Positions 9,792-18,106 of a DNA stretch of 64,000 bases are shown here, piece by piece; within the stretch, counting starts at the first letter, position 1; each line of letters begins with the position of its first letter. Position numbers and translations under genes: made by a program. The notes under the pieces are model-generated. The model worked only from the letters and a program-made list of their open reading frames with translations. It had not been told where the DNA came from and did not search any database. This DNA comes from Candidatus Gottesmanbacteria bacterium (GTDB lineage Bacteria > Patescibacteriota > Microgenomatia > 2-02-FULL-39-11), in assembly GCA_016186795.1 (NCBI GenBank), contig JACPKY010000002.1, positions 26,593 to 90,592 on the forward strand, in the 5' to 3' direction.

Positions 9792-10235
9792 CTACTTGCC
9801 GCCGAACGCCTGGTGGAGCGCATTGCGCGCCCCGAGGGCATCGAGCTGATTGACACCAAGTTGTTCGATTTGCTCGGCTGTAATCGCGGCGAGTGCGGTG
9901 CGCGTGTTTGCTTTTCGCCACAGCGCGCGGATTTGCGGCTCATCGAGGTATAGCGAGACGACTTTTTGCACCTCTTCAAACGGAACAATTTTCTCCGCCT
10001 TTCGAGGTGTCTCGACGGCAAAGATCGTAATTGTTTTTCCGTTCCAGGTACCCGAACCGCGTCTTCCCGAAAGCTGAATTATCCTGCCAGCGCTGTACTT
10101 TTTCCGTCCACGATATCCGGCGCTCTTCCCGAGCCATTCGGAGATGATAACGGTCGCCGATGCTCCATTGATTCGTACGATTTCGTAGTTTTGGGCATCA
10201 TCTCCTATGCCAATAATGAGTTGTTGTCCTTGCAT
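9792..10235 (-). CDS. hypothetical protein (147 aa) in GC-rich island
   Basis: RBS GGAGAG 7 nt upstream. Same strand and operon arrangement as its neighbours. Confidence 0.5.
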   Translation of the reverse strand: MQGQQLIIGIGDDAQNYEIVRINGASATVIISEWLGKSAGYRGRKKYSAGRIIQLSGRRGSGTWNGKTITIFAVETPRKAEKIVPFEEVQKVVSLYLDEPQIRALWRKANTRTALAAITAEQIEQLGVNQLDALGARNALHQAFGGK

Positions 10236-10250
10236 GATTTTCTCTCCGTG

Positions 10251-10493
10251 TCAAGCCCGGTCCGCGGCGTACACGTCCACCAAAACTTCCGCTGCACCGA
10301 ATTTGAGCTGCCCCATAAATCTCTTGAGTCGGAACTGGGTGCCGGCGCCCCAATTCGGCTCGCCAAGGAATCCGTCGCTCGTCCCCTCTATTTTCTGGAC
10401 TGTGACGACGGATCCAATTTTGATCGCCCCCGTGACCTGGACAAAGACCGCTGCCCCAGGTGATCCGAGAGCAATTAACATTGTGCCTGCCAT
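10251..10493 (-). CDS. hypothetical protein (80 aa) in GC-rich island
   Basis: Strong RBS AGGAGGAG immediately upstream of ATG. Confidence 0.5.
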   Translation of the reverse strand: MAGTMLIALGSPGAAVFVQVTGAIKIGSVVTVQKIEGTSDGFLGEPNWGAGTQFRLKRFMGQLKFGAAEVLVDVYAADRA

Positions 10494-10592
10494 GGCTCCT
10501 CCTATCTTATCGGCCAGACCCGAGTCTTCGGATCTAGCGAATTGACACTTTCGGTACGATCTGTTTAGGCTATGCTATTTTTCCTCCTTTCA

Positions 10593-10650
10593 ATTGACGG
10601 GTCAGTCATGGAAAGAAACATTCTTTCCACAATATACCCGTCAATTTTTC
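10593..10650. terminator. nested hairpin (attgacgggt ... acccgtcaat with inner ggaaaga/tctttcc) followed by T5
   Basis: 10-bp perfect inverted repeat 10593-10602/10636-10645 enclosing a 7-bp IR, followed by ttttt. Confidence 0.4.
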
Positions 10651-10659
10651 TGAACGACT

Positions 10660-10850
10660 TGTTAAAGTACTTTTTCATTCCAACACAAATCTCCACGCAG
10701 AACGTGGTTATGTAGTGGGCATGAAATTTTTCTTTATGGTCATAATCTTTTTTCCAGACAATCCCGAGCATGTCGAAGGATTATCTGGTTTTCTTAATTC
10801 CTAACGTATTCGAAACTAGGAAAAACAGGGGTAGGAAAATTAGAAAAGTG
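10660..10850. repeat. copy 1 of ~170-bp diverged repeat element; core hairpin CCACGCAGAACGTGG at 10694-10708
   Basis: Core 10681-10740 aligns with 11491-11560 (about 80% identical), with weaker similarity in flanks (ttcgaaact...aggg...agg). Confidence 0.6.
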
Positions 10851-11049
10851 ATGACGACACGATTGCGTCTGATAAATGGATATCACCACGTTCCTTTTTT
10901 CCCTTTCTTTTAGGACCCCCCCTTTGGCCCTATGTAGAAAGCCCAGTCATCCGACAAAGGCTAACTACCTACGAAACTAAATATCAAAGGATAGATGGAT
11001 AAGGACAAAATGTTGTCCAAGACCTTTTGGGAGTTGGACAACATTTCTG

Positions 11050-11244
11050 CTATTTTGGGAGTGGGAGCAGGACCCACCCAACTGCGCTTATCAGGACAAT
11101 TGTGAGTACAACGACTACGGTCATCCTGATAAGGCGACCGTGTGAGAACCATAGCCAGAACCATTTGCCGGGATCCTCACCGTACACGACTTCTCCAGGA
11201 TCCCCGGAGACATGTGCACCTTGGGTTTGTGGATGCTTTGCCAT
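11050..11244 (-). CDS. small single-pass membrane protein (64 aa)
   Basis: Internal Met preceded by GGAGGAAAT RBS. The C-terminal MTVVVVLTIVLISAVGWVLLPL segment is a TM helix. Confidence 0.45.
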   Translation of the reverse strand: MAKHPQTQGAHVSGDPGEVVYGEDPGKWFWLWFSHGRLIRMTVVVVLTIVLISAVGWVLLPLPK

Positions 11245-11469
11245 ATTTCCTCCTTGAGAATTGAGTCTTTTCACTTGATCGATATCAAGTGAAAAGATTT
11301 ATGGCGAACTTGCGAGATTTTTTTCGATCGATTTTGTGCTTCTGTCCTCCTCCTTTCGGGTAAGTGATTGAATTTCCAATCCAAGCTAGCTAGGTTGATA
11401 CAAAATGCCCAAAATATATCAACAACATCTTGTGCCAACCTAGCTTTCCCGAAGGATTTTCTATCCTTT

Positions 11470-11640
11470 GACTTGTCAAAGAGCATTTTCCATTCCACCG
11501 CAAATCACCACGCAACCGTGGTTATGAGGCAGAATGAAATGTATTTTTCATCTGATCGTATTGTCAAAATCTAATGATGTTTTTTCAGTCTCGAAATTCT
11601 TCGAAACTCAAAGAACAAGGGAAAGGTGATGAGAAGAGGT
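11470..11640. repeat. copy 2 of ~170-bp diverged repeat element; core hairpin CCACGCAACCGTGG at 11508-11521
   Basis: Aligns to copy 1. Direct orientation, about 810 bp apart. Confidence 0.6.
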
Positions 11641-11737
11641 GCCGTGAGGGCGGAGACTGCGCGGGGCGCAGAATCTATCGCGCATGCGCGACAGTCTCCG
11701 CCCTTTTGGCGTCATCACTTTACCCTCATTCTTTGGG

Positions 11738-13084
11738 TCACGGCCCGTGTCCCGGTTGCTGCCCGCTTTGGCCTGCGGCGGGCGGATGCCGGCGCTGGTT
11801 GAGCCGTTGCTCCATCTCCTCTAGCCGGTGCTCGATTTCTTCTCGAGCGATATCGGTTGCCTGCTGACCACCAAAGGTGGTGAAGATTACGACCACGAGC
11901 CAAATCGCCGCCAGTAGCAAGCAACCTGCCCACAGATATGGTAATAAAACCCATTTGTCTGTGGCTGTTACGAAAATGAGGCAACCCAAAGCCAAATACA
12001 TCGGAAACTCGATCCAGTCGGGGATTTTCTCCCGAATGAACCGAGTGTGCCGCCAAAGCTCGCGGAGAAGCCAGATCACGATCCACCCACCGATCAGAAT
12101 GACGATGCCCCAAAAGACATATGGGAGCAGATCTGCGACTTGTTTTGCCGCGTTGGCTGCGGTGCCGACTACCGGATTGATTTCTTTCGAATCGAAAGAG
12201 CCGCCGAAGCAGCTCCCCTGAACTTTCGTTTCATTCGAAAGAACCTTTAGATCAACCCAACCGGTTCCTGCCTTCAGATCGTATGAGACGCTGGTTCCGT
12301 CCGACGCAAGGTAAGTTCCCTTGCAGTCGGGAATTGGTGTTCCCGTGGGGATGGGCGTGTTGGTAGAGGGAACCGGCGTGTTGCTCGGCGGAGGCGTGTT
12401 GCTCGGCGGAGGCGTGCGCGTCGGCGGTATCGACGTTCGCGTCGGCGGGGGGGTCCGACTTGGACCGAACCGAAGGGCGTTGGCCTTAGCCTGGGCGGTT
12501 TGTTCTACGGCCGCGGCTTGTGCCTGGGCGACCATTTCGGTCGCTTTGGCGGCCACCGTCGCACCCCTCTGTACTGCGTTGGCCGTCGCCGTTGGCGGCG
12601 GCGTGGCCGTGCAACGGGGGCCTCCCTGGAGTAGGCACGGCTGGTTGGCACGAAGATTCGCCAACCGCTTGAAGTCGCCCACTGATTGGGCTATCCAAGT
12701 CGACCCATCGGCCATCGCGACCGACTCAACCCTCCCCGCGGGTTGAGAGTCGGCGACGACGCCGAGCATAATTAGCCCGCACAAGCAAAGCGCGAGAAGG
12801 CCTATAATTATTGCTACCCCCCAGCGCCCTAGGGCGTCGATGTGCCCCGTGTGCAGTAGCACATGAGGCTGCTCGGCGTGTCCTCCGTGTCCGTCGGCTG
12901 CGTGCGGTGCGGCTCGTCCGTGCTCGGCGGCGTGCTCGGGCGGCGGATCATCGTCAGTCTCTTCGTCTTCGCCACGGCGGCGGAAACCGGAGAGGAGGCG
13001 CCAGGCCAAAAAAATTACCACCGCCGCTGCGATGACCTGCCATGGAACTGGCAGGTCATTTAGGAAGGAGAGAATTCCTTCCAT
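11738..13084 (-). CDS. GC-rich polytopic membrane protein with Pro/Thr-rich tandem-repeat linker (about 448 aa)
   Basis: RBS-like GAAGGAAG lies before the second ATG (MEGILS). There are at least 5 hydrophobic helices. PPPTRTSIPPTRTPPPSNTPPPSNTPVPSTNTPIPTGTPIP linker. His/Asp-rich N-terminal tail. Confidence 0.55.
   Translation of the reverse strand: MEGILSFLNDLPVPWQVIAAAVVIFLAWRLLSGFRRRGEDEETDDDPPPEHAAEHGRAAPHAADGHGGHAEQPHVLLHTGHIDALGRWGVAIIIGLLALCLCGLIMLGVVADSQPAGRVESVAMADGSTWIAQSVGDFKRLANLRANQPCLLQGGPRCTATPPPTATANAVQRGATVAAKATEMVAQAQAAAVEQTAQAKANALRFGPSRTPPPTRTSIPPTRTPPPSNTPPPSNTPVPSTNTPIPTGTPIPDCKGTYLASDGTSVSYDLKAGTGWVDLKVLSNETKVQGSCFGGSFDSKEINPVVGTAANAAKQVADLLPYVFWGIVILIGGWIVIWLLRELWRHTRFIREKIPDWIEFPMYLALGCLIFVTATDKWVLLPYLWAGCLLLAAIWLVVVIFTTFGGQQATDIAREEIEHRLEEMEQRLNQRRHPPAAGQSGQQPGHGP
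12350..12450. repeat. degenerate 18-21-bp tandem repeats (ggcgtgttgctcggcggag x about 5) encoding PPPSNTP repeats on the minus strand
   Basis: Direct reading: ggcgtgttgctcggcggag ggcgtgttgctcggcggag gcgtgcgcgtcggcgg... Confidence 0.7.
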
Positions 13085-13269
13085 GGTTTTTCTTCCTTCT
13101 GACCCGCACTGGGTCATGCCTCTTTCGAGGATGACGGGGTGCGAATCACTTTACTTCTTTTTTTGATTTTGATAGACGTACTGCGCGACGGAGGCAAGTA
13201 TTTTGTCCCCATGGAGCAGTACTCTATCATAGATTAAATAATTTTTATCACCTTTCCCTATGTTAATGT

Positions 13270-13296
13270 GCAAAAAAAACTCCCTTGTGGGGAGTT
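13270..13296 (-). terminator. rho-independent terminator downstream of the phd-relE operon
   Basis: The minus strand reads cacacgaaCTCCCcacaaGGGAGtttttttt. Confidence 0.5.
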
Positions 13297-13448
13297 CGTG
13301 TGCGCAATGTTTCCTTATTCCTACGCTCCCGAACTCCTCGTTCGGATAACAAAAGAAATAGTAAGGATGATATTGGCGTCTTTGACAATGTTCATCGTAT
13401 AGAGAGAGTTTATATCATATCCTATAGTTGCGTGTCAAGTACGGGAAT

Positions 13449-13700
13449 CTACTTGTAGATTTCTCTGCGGTGGCCAATAGAGAGAATAATTATTGTGTTT
13501 CCCTTTATATCAAAGACTACTCGATAATCTCCTATGCGGTATCTATACATACCAATATCTGAATTTATAAGTTTTTCAGCAAAAAATAGAGGAGCCTTTG
13601 AGGAAGCAAAAAATTCGAGCTTATCGCTTATTCGTCTTTGGGTAGGTTTAGGAAGTCTTCGGAATTCTTTGAGCGAATGAGAATTGAATTCTATGACCAT
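13449..13700 (-). CDS. relE: RelE/ParE family toxin
   Basis: About 83 aa. YRIGDYRVVFDIKGNTIIILSIGHRREIY is a typical RelE/ParE C-terminus. Lies immediately downstream of the antitoxin. Confidence 0.8.
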   Translation of the reverse strand: MVIEFNSHSLKEFRRLPKPTQRRISDKLEFFASSKAPLFFAEKLINSDIGMYRYRIGDYRVVFDIKGNTIIILSIGHRREIYK

Positions 13701-13982
13701 TTATAATCCAAGTTGTTTTTTTACCTCTTCCAAAGAGATAGTTTTTGTATCCTTCCGACTCTCTGCGATACGTGCGCGAAAGGTAGGAGAAGAGAGTGCT
13801 TCTATATCCTCTATAATACTTTGCCACATTTCATTTGGGATGAGTACGCCCAGTGGTTGGCCATTTTTCATGACGCGGTAAAACGAGGATGTTTTTTTTG
13901 CTTTTTCAAATAGTTTGGTCAAGCCCGCCTGGGCTTTCTGGATGTTGGTAAATTTTTCGTCACTGATAAGTTGTTGTATCAT
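13701..13982 (-). CDS. phd: Phd/YefM family antitoxin
   Basis: 93 aa. Abuts relE with no gap. Layout is the usual antitoxin-first arrangement, with a Phd-like N-terminal fold. Confidence 0.75.
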   Translation of the reverse strand: MIQQLISDEKFTNIQKAQAGLTKLFEKAKKTSSFYRVMKNGQPLGVLIPNEMWQSIIEDIEALSSPTFRARIAESRKDTKTISLEEVKKQLGL

Positions 13983-14041
13983 AATTACATGATTATATAA
14001 TTATATAATACTTCTGTAATATATGTCAAGTTTAAGGTGGA

Positions 14042-16432
14042 TTATCCCTTTTGAGGCGGATGATTTTGTGATATCTGAGGTTTGCGTGGGGGCTGTTGTG
14101 GAAGGCCAGTCAGTTTCGGCTTCAGAGGATTTTGGGCTATAGGATTGGGTTTTGGCTGTGGTGGTTGCGGTTTTTGACCAAGAGATGGTTTTAGTTGTGG
14201 TGTCTCTGCAACTGGTGCCTTAACTGGTGGCGCTTTTGGTTCCCACAGCTTACTATCCGGCTTTTTGGTGTAGCGTTCCTGGGAAAGTCGGAGAATCTTT
14301 TCTTTATTTTGGTTAATTGACCGTGGCAATGGCAAAGTTAAGGCATAAAAGGGAAGCGAGGTAAGGTTATCTATTGCCAATTTAATAATGACCTGATATG
14401 CACCCAGTGCAACTAAATCTTCTTCTTTGTACCACTGTCCGAACTCTCTTGATAGGGCATGGGCATCTTGTGCACCAATCACAAATGAGATAAGAGTACC
14501 CGCATTGCCAAAAATAGCTTTCTGGACTGTTTCATCGACCTGGCCGATATATTGATTGGCAAGGATAAGATCAAGGCGATATTTCCGCGCCTCAGAGAGA
14601 ATTTTGATAAAAGAAGTCGTGGCAAAGTTTTGGAACTCATCAACATAGAGGTAGAAATCGCGTCGCTGCGTCTCCATGACATTGACTCTGTTCATCGCAG
14701 CCAGCTGGATTTTGGTGATAAACATAGCTCCAAGTAGGGCCGCATTATCTTCTCCCAATTTTCCCTGGGCAAGGTTTAATATGAGGATTTTCCCCTGATC
14801 CATAATATCCTCTAGATCAATCGTTGATTGCGGGTGTCCGATAATTTGCCGGATTGTTGGGGATTGGACAAATTGTCCAACTTTATTTTGGATAGGGGCA
14901 ATCGCTTCACTTTTAAGCCTCGGGTGCATTTTCTCAAATTCGTTATGCCAGAAGTTTTGCAATATCCTATCCGGGACTTTCGTCAGCAGCTGTTGACGAA
15001 AATTTTGATCGGCAAGTAAATCAAGCGCCATAGGAAGTGTAGCATTGGGATACTCAAGAAGGGTGAGAACGACATTTCGAAGGATATACTCAAGTCGCGG
15101 TCCCCATGAATAGGCGTAGAGTTTGGAAAAAATTGACACAATTCCTGAGGCGACCAATTCCTTGTGAACAGGGTTTTTTATCTCCAAAGGATTTATCCAA
15201 AAAGGATGCTGTTGATCAAACGGCTCAAGGTAAATAACATCATTGAGCCGGTACGATGGAATATAGTTAAGAAGAATTTCGGATAAATCTCCGTGAGGAT
15301 CAATGACCGCTAGTCCTTCTCTATTTCGCATATCGTTTATGGCCATGTTTGCGATAAGAGTTGATTTACCGGTTCCCGTTTTTCCGATGATGTACATGTG
15401 TTTGCGCCTGTCCGGCCGTTTTATCCCAAAGGTCATCATCTGGTTTTTAAATTCAGATTTGGCGAAGAAATTTATTTCTTTTTTCTCTTCATCGGTAAGA
15501 TTTAAAGAAACCGGCAGATTTTGCGGCGGTTCTCCATGCATGTGTCTGCCCCAGGCGATATTCCGAATGCCAGCAAGAAGCATCGTTGGTGGATGCCAAA
15601 TGGTTGCCAGCTCAGCAGTATTCAAGATTTGGTTTCGCGGATAATGGCTTTTTTCCCGTTTGACAATACGGTTGAAGATCACTCGTTTCCAAAAAAATCT
15701 GGGTCTTCGAAGGACGAGCCGATTCCCTTCTCCCATGGCAAATGCGCCGAAAGCGCCTGCGACATTGGCCATAAGAGAAAGTGCATTGCTATGGGTATCG
15801 GCGCCAATAAGAAGTCGGATGTATGTTCGATATCCAGATTGATTTATTTTTTCCTCAATAAGTTGGGCGTGGGGGAACTGCTTGGTTTTCGTCGGTGCAG
15901 TAGGTGTTGGATCTGGAATTCCCCGTTCAATCATCCGGGCAGTATTTCCTTGCCAGTTAAAGTGCGGTGGTTCAATAATAATTTGAATAAGTCCGGATTG
16001 TTGAGGCGTAAATTTCGAAAGGACCCCAAGAATTGATGAGAGTGGATCAAGGTCTTTAAATTCCTCATGCCGTTTGATGGGGTAGTAGTATGGTGCTGCA
16101 AGCTGAAGATTGCCAACAGCCATATAGGGATTTTTGGCAATCTGCGGAACATAGTCATGTATTGGGGTAATAAGGAGTTTGTGGTACTGGGAGACCAGCT
16201 GACTTTCCATAAACGTCTGGAAGGATTTTGGCACAACAACACAAAAATGGATGGTCTGGTTGATATTGACGATTTCAAAAGAAAGTGTGCGGACTTTGAT
16301 CCACAGCCTCTTCCAATGGGGGATATGACCGCCGGGGAAGAGTGCTGAAAATACTTGCTGCATCGATGCGGGAGTCTCCTCGGCAGTTTTGGGGGAACGG
16401 ATTTCCAAGATGACTTTCTCTTCCTTTGCCAT
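14042..16432 (-). CDS. VirD4/TraG/TraD-like type IV coupling-protein-family ATPase (HerA/FtsK superfamily, DUF87-like) with Pro-rich C-terminal tail
   Basis: Walker A GKTGTGKST. Walker B region YLYVDEFQNF. ILANQYIGQ. C-terminal PKAPPVKAPV...PQPPQPKPNP low-complexity tail. Confidence 0.7.
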   Translation of the reverse strand: MAKEEKVILEIRSPKTAEETPASMQQVFSALFPGGHIPHWKRLWIKVRTLSFEIVNINQTIHFCVVVPKSFQTFMESQLVSQYHKLLITPIHDYVPQIAKNPYMAVGNLQLAAPYYYPIKRHEEFKDLDPLSSILGVLSKFTPQQSGLIQIIIEPPHFNWQGNTARMIERGIPDPTPTAPTKTKQFPHAQLIEEKINQSGYRTYIRLLIGADTHSNALSLMANVAGAFGAFAMGEGNRLVLRRPRFFWKRVIFNRIVKREKSHYPRNQILNTAELATIWHPPTMLLAGIRNIAWGRHMHGEPPQNLPVSLNLTDEEKKEINFFAKSEFKNQMMTFGIKRPDRRKHMYIIGKTGTGKSTLIANMAINDMRNREGLAVIDPHGDLSEILLNYIPSYRLNDVIYLEPFDQQHPFWINPLEIKNPVHKELVASGIVSIFSKLYAYSWGPRLEYILRNVVLTLLEYPNATLPMALDLLADQNFRQQLLTKVPDRILQNFWHNEFEKMHPRLKSEAIAPIQNKVGQFVQSPTIRQIIGHPQSTIDLEDIMDQGKILILNLAQGKLGEDNAALLGAMFITKIQLAAMNRVNVMETQRRDFYLYVDEFQNFATTSFIKILSEARKYRLDLILANQYIGQVDETVQKAIFGNAGTLISFVIGAQDAHALSREFGQWYKEEDLVALGAYQVIIKLAIDNLTSLPFYALTLPLPRSINQNKEKILRLSQERYTKKPDSKLWEPKAPPVKAPVAETPQLKPSLGQKPQPPQPKPNPIAQNPLKPKLTGLPQQPPRKPQISQNHPPQKG

Positions 16433-16700
16433 AGATGTTTGTAGTATACGGTAAAGAGGGGAAAGTATAAAGGGAAAATAGATAAAAAGGTGTGTATCCT
16501 ATCGTTTGACCGTAGTAAATTGTTATGGTAGGATCCTGCCACCTGTCTACTTTTTTTGGCACATTGAAATTGCGGATTTGAAATTGTGGATTTATTTTAA
16601 GAAACGTTCTTTTTTTGGCCGTACGTACCATTTCGAAAGAAAACCAAATCCAGATCAACAGGGTTTTCTTTCCATATTGAGGTAGAGGAGGGTAATAATC

Positions 16701-16967
16701 ATGCCACAACGCGTTCCAGATCCAAAACTGGTAGAGAAGGTAGAACGCCTTCTTCGTCACTTTCCGGGCCCACCGATGATACATTCCAAAGTGGAATTTC
16801 ATGTTCCCAAAGATGACGCCGAATTATCTGTAGCGCTTGACACGATCAGGCAAAGATACGGTCTCGATTGGGGACATAATCGTGTGTGGTTTGAAACATC
16901 GCTGTTTGATGCGAACTTCCGGAAACAACCTGACACAGGTCAGTCATATATCGTGTGGAAAAAGTAA
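16701..16967 (+). CDS. hypothetical protein (88 aa)
   Basis: Strong RBS gaggagggtaataatcATG. Confidence 0.45.
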   Translation: MPQRVPDPKLVEKVERLLRHFPGPPMIHSKVEFHVPKDDAELSVALDTIRQRYGLDWGHNRVWFETSLFDANFRKQPDTGQSYIVWKK

Positions 16968-17011
16968 GGAGAAAAAACCAAAAAAAATCTAATACAATCC
17001 GCAGATCAGGT

Positions 17012-17065
17012 TTGTGCACATGGCACAGGTAGACTCGCGTTTCCGCGATTATCTTTGAGTCTACC
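17012..17065. repeat. 17-bp perfect inverted repeat (atggcacaggtagactc / gagtctacctgtgccat) with 20-nt loop, followed by a T-rich run
   Basis: Read directly. Sits just 3' of the gene at 16701-16967. Confidence 0.6.
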
Positions 17066-17364
17066 TGTGCCATTATTATTATTGATTCTGGGCGGGTTTT
17101 GGTTTTTTGCTTGCCCGTCGTCCGGGCCCGTTTTTACCAAACCAAGCTCCACATGTATACGACTCCTCTTTAATATTGTCATTCTGATCCTGAGCGAAGT
17201 CGAAGGAGAAGAATCCCCTCTATACTATAGGATTGACTTTTTAACTGTCCCCACGTATACTTTCACACTATTACGCAAGGATTTCCGTCAAAAGTTTAAT
17301 TGCAAACTTTACAACGGAAATTTTATTGCGGATTGCACATTAATAATCCTTGAGAACAAACCCT

Positions 17365-17420
17365 TCGAATTGGGAACAGTGGAAGTACAAAAAACTTATT
17401 TCCAGCGTTCCCAATTCGAA
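17365..17420. repeat. 14-bp perfect inverted repeat (ttcgaattgggaac / gttcccaattcgaa)
   Basis: Read directly. Lies 20 nt upstream of the RBS of the 17441 gene. Confidence 0.55.
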
Positions 17421-17440
17421 ATAGGGGAGGGGAAAATATC

Positions 17441-17821
17441 ATGTCAAAAGGAGATACGAACATGTCAGCAACAAGAACAACAGGTGGCGCCGAGAGGAAT
17501 CGAGCTTTTGCTCGTCTAAAAGCCGCCGCGCGCGTCATGAGCTTAGGCATGAATCATATGCCGATTCCCTGCGACGATTGTGAGTTCCGTCGCTGGAAAC
17601 GCATGTTTCCGAGGATTGCCTACGCATCTCTTGACGAAGTGAGAAATGATTTGGTCCTTGTAGACGGGACACGGCGAGGGTTGCGTGATGGATTTAGGAC
17701 TTATGAAATCAAAAGTCCTCGTACGTCGCCGGCTAAGGGAATCACTCTCCACTCATGTCTGTCGCGTTTTATTTTTGGCAGACAACGGAATCAGCGACGG
17801 TTTTTGGCGCCACGGAGGTGA
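17441..17821 (+). CDS. hypothetical basic protein (126 aa), GC-elevated
   Basis: RBS aggggagggg upstream. A Cys pair, CDDCEF. Confidence 0.35.
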   Translation: MSKGDTNMSATRTTGGAERNRAFARLKAAARVMSLGMNHMPIPCDDCEFRRWKRMFPRIAYASLDEVRNDLVLVDGTRRGLRDGFRTYEIKSPRTSPAKGITLHSCLSRFIFGRQRNQRRFLAPRR

Positions 17822-18106
17822 GATGCGCCGATCATTAAAAATAACCGTCAGCCCATTTCGCTCAACGGTGAAATCCAACGGCGCAGCACGGGTGCCCCGC
17901 AAAAAGCCTCGCCATTTTCGCTGGGCATGGTGGCAGGTATTGCGCGACCCAATGGCGCTTCTTGCGTTGAATCACCGGCGACGAATCCGGGTGCTCGCTA
18001 GGCGTTCATAATAAAAAATATATCAGATTGGATTTACCGGAAATCCCCCTCCCTTTCGGTAAAAAGCCGATCTGATAATCTGTATTCTCAAGGAAGGAGA
18101 AATTTC

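Noticed and set aside
9421-12746. Plus-strand ORFs in the GC-rich island (9421-9669, 9850-10077, 9966-10463, 10207-10545, 11574-11867, 11877-12221, 12321-12746, 12811-13063)
   Set aside because: High GC suppresses stop codons, so long antisense ORFs are expected. None has an RBS, whereas the minus-strand genes each do. Treated as spurious.
17055-17519. 154-aa ORF spanning the inverted repeats and dispersed repeat C
   Set aside because: It overlaps the structured, repeat-containing DNA and has no RBS. The hydrophobic N-terminus comes from a T-rich stretch. More likely non-coding.
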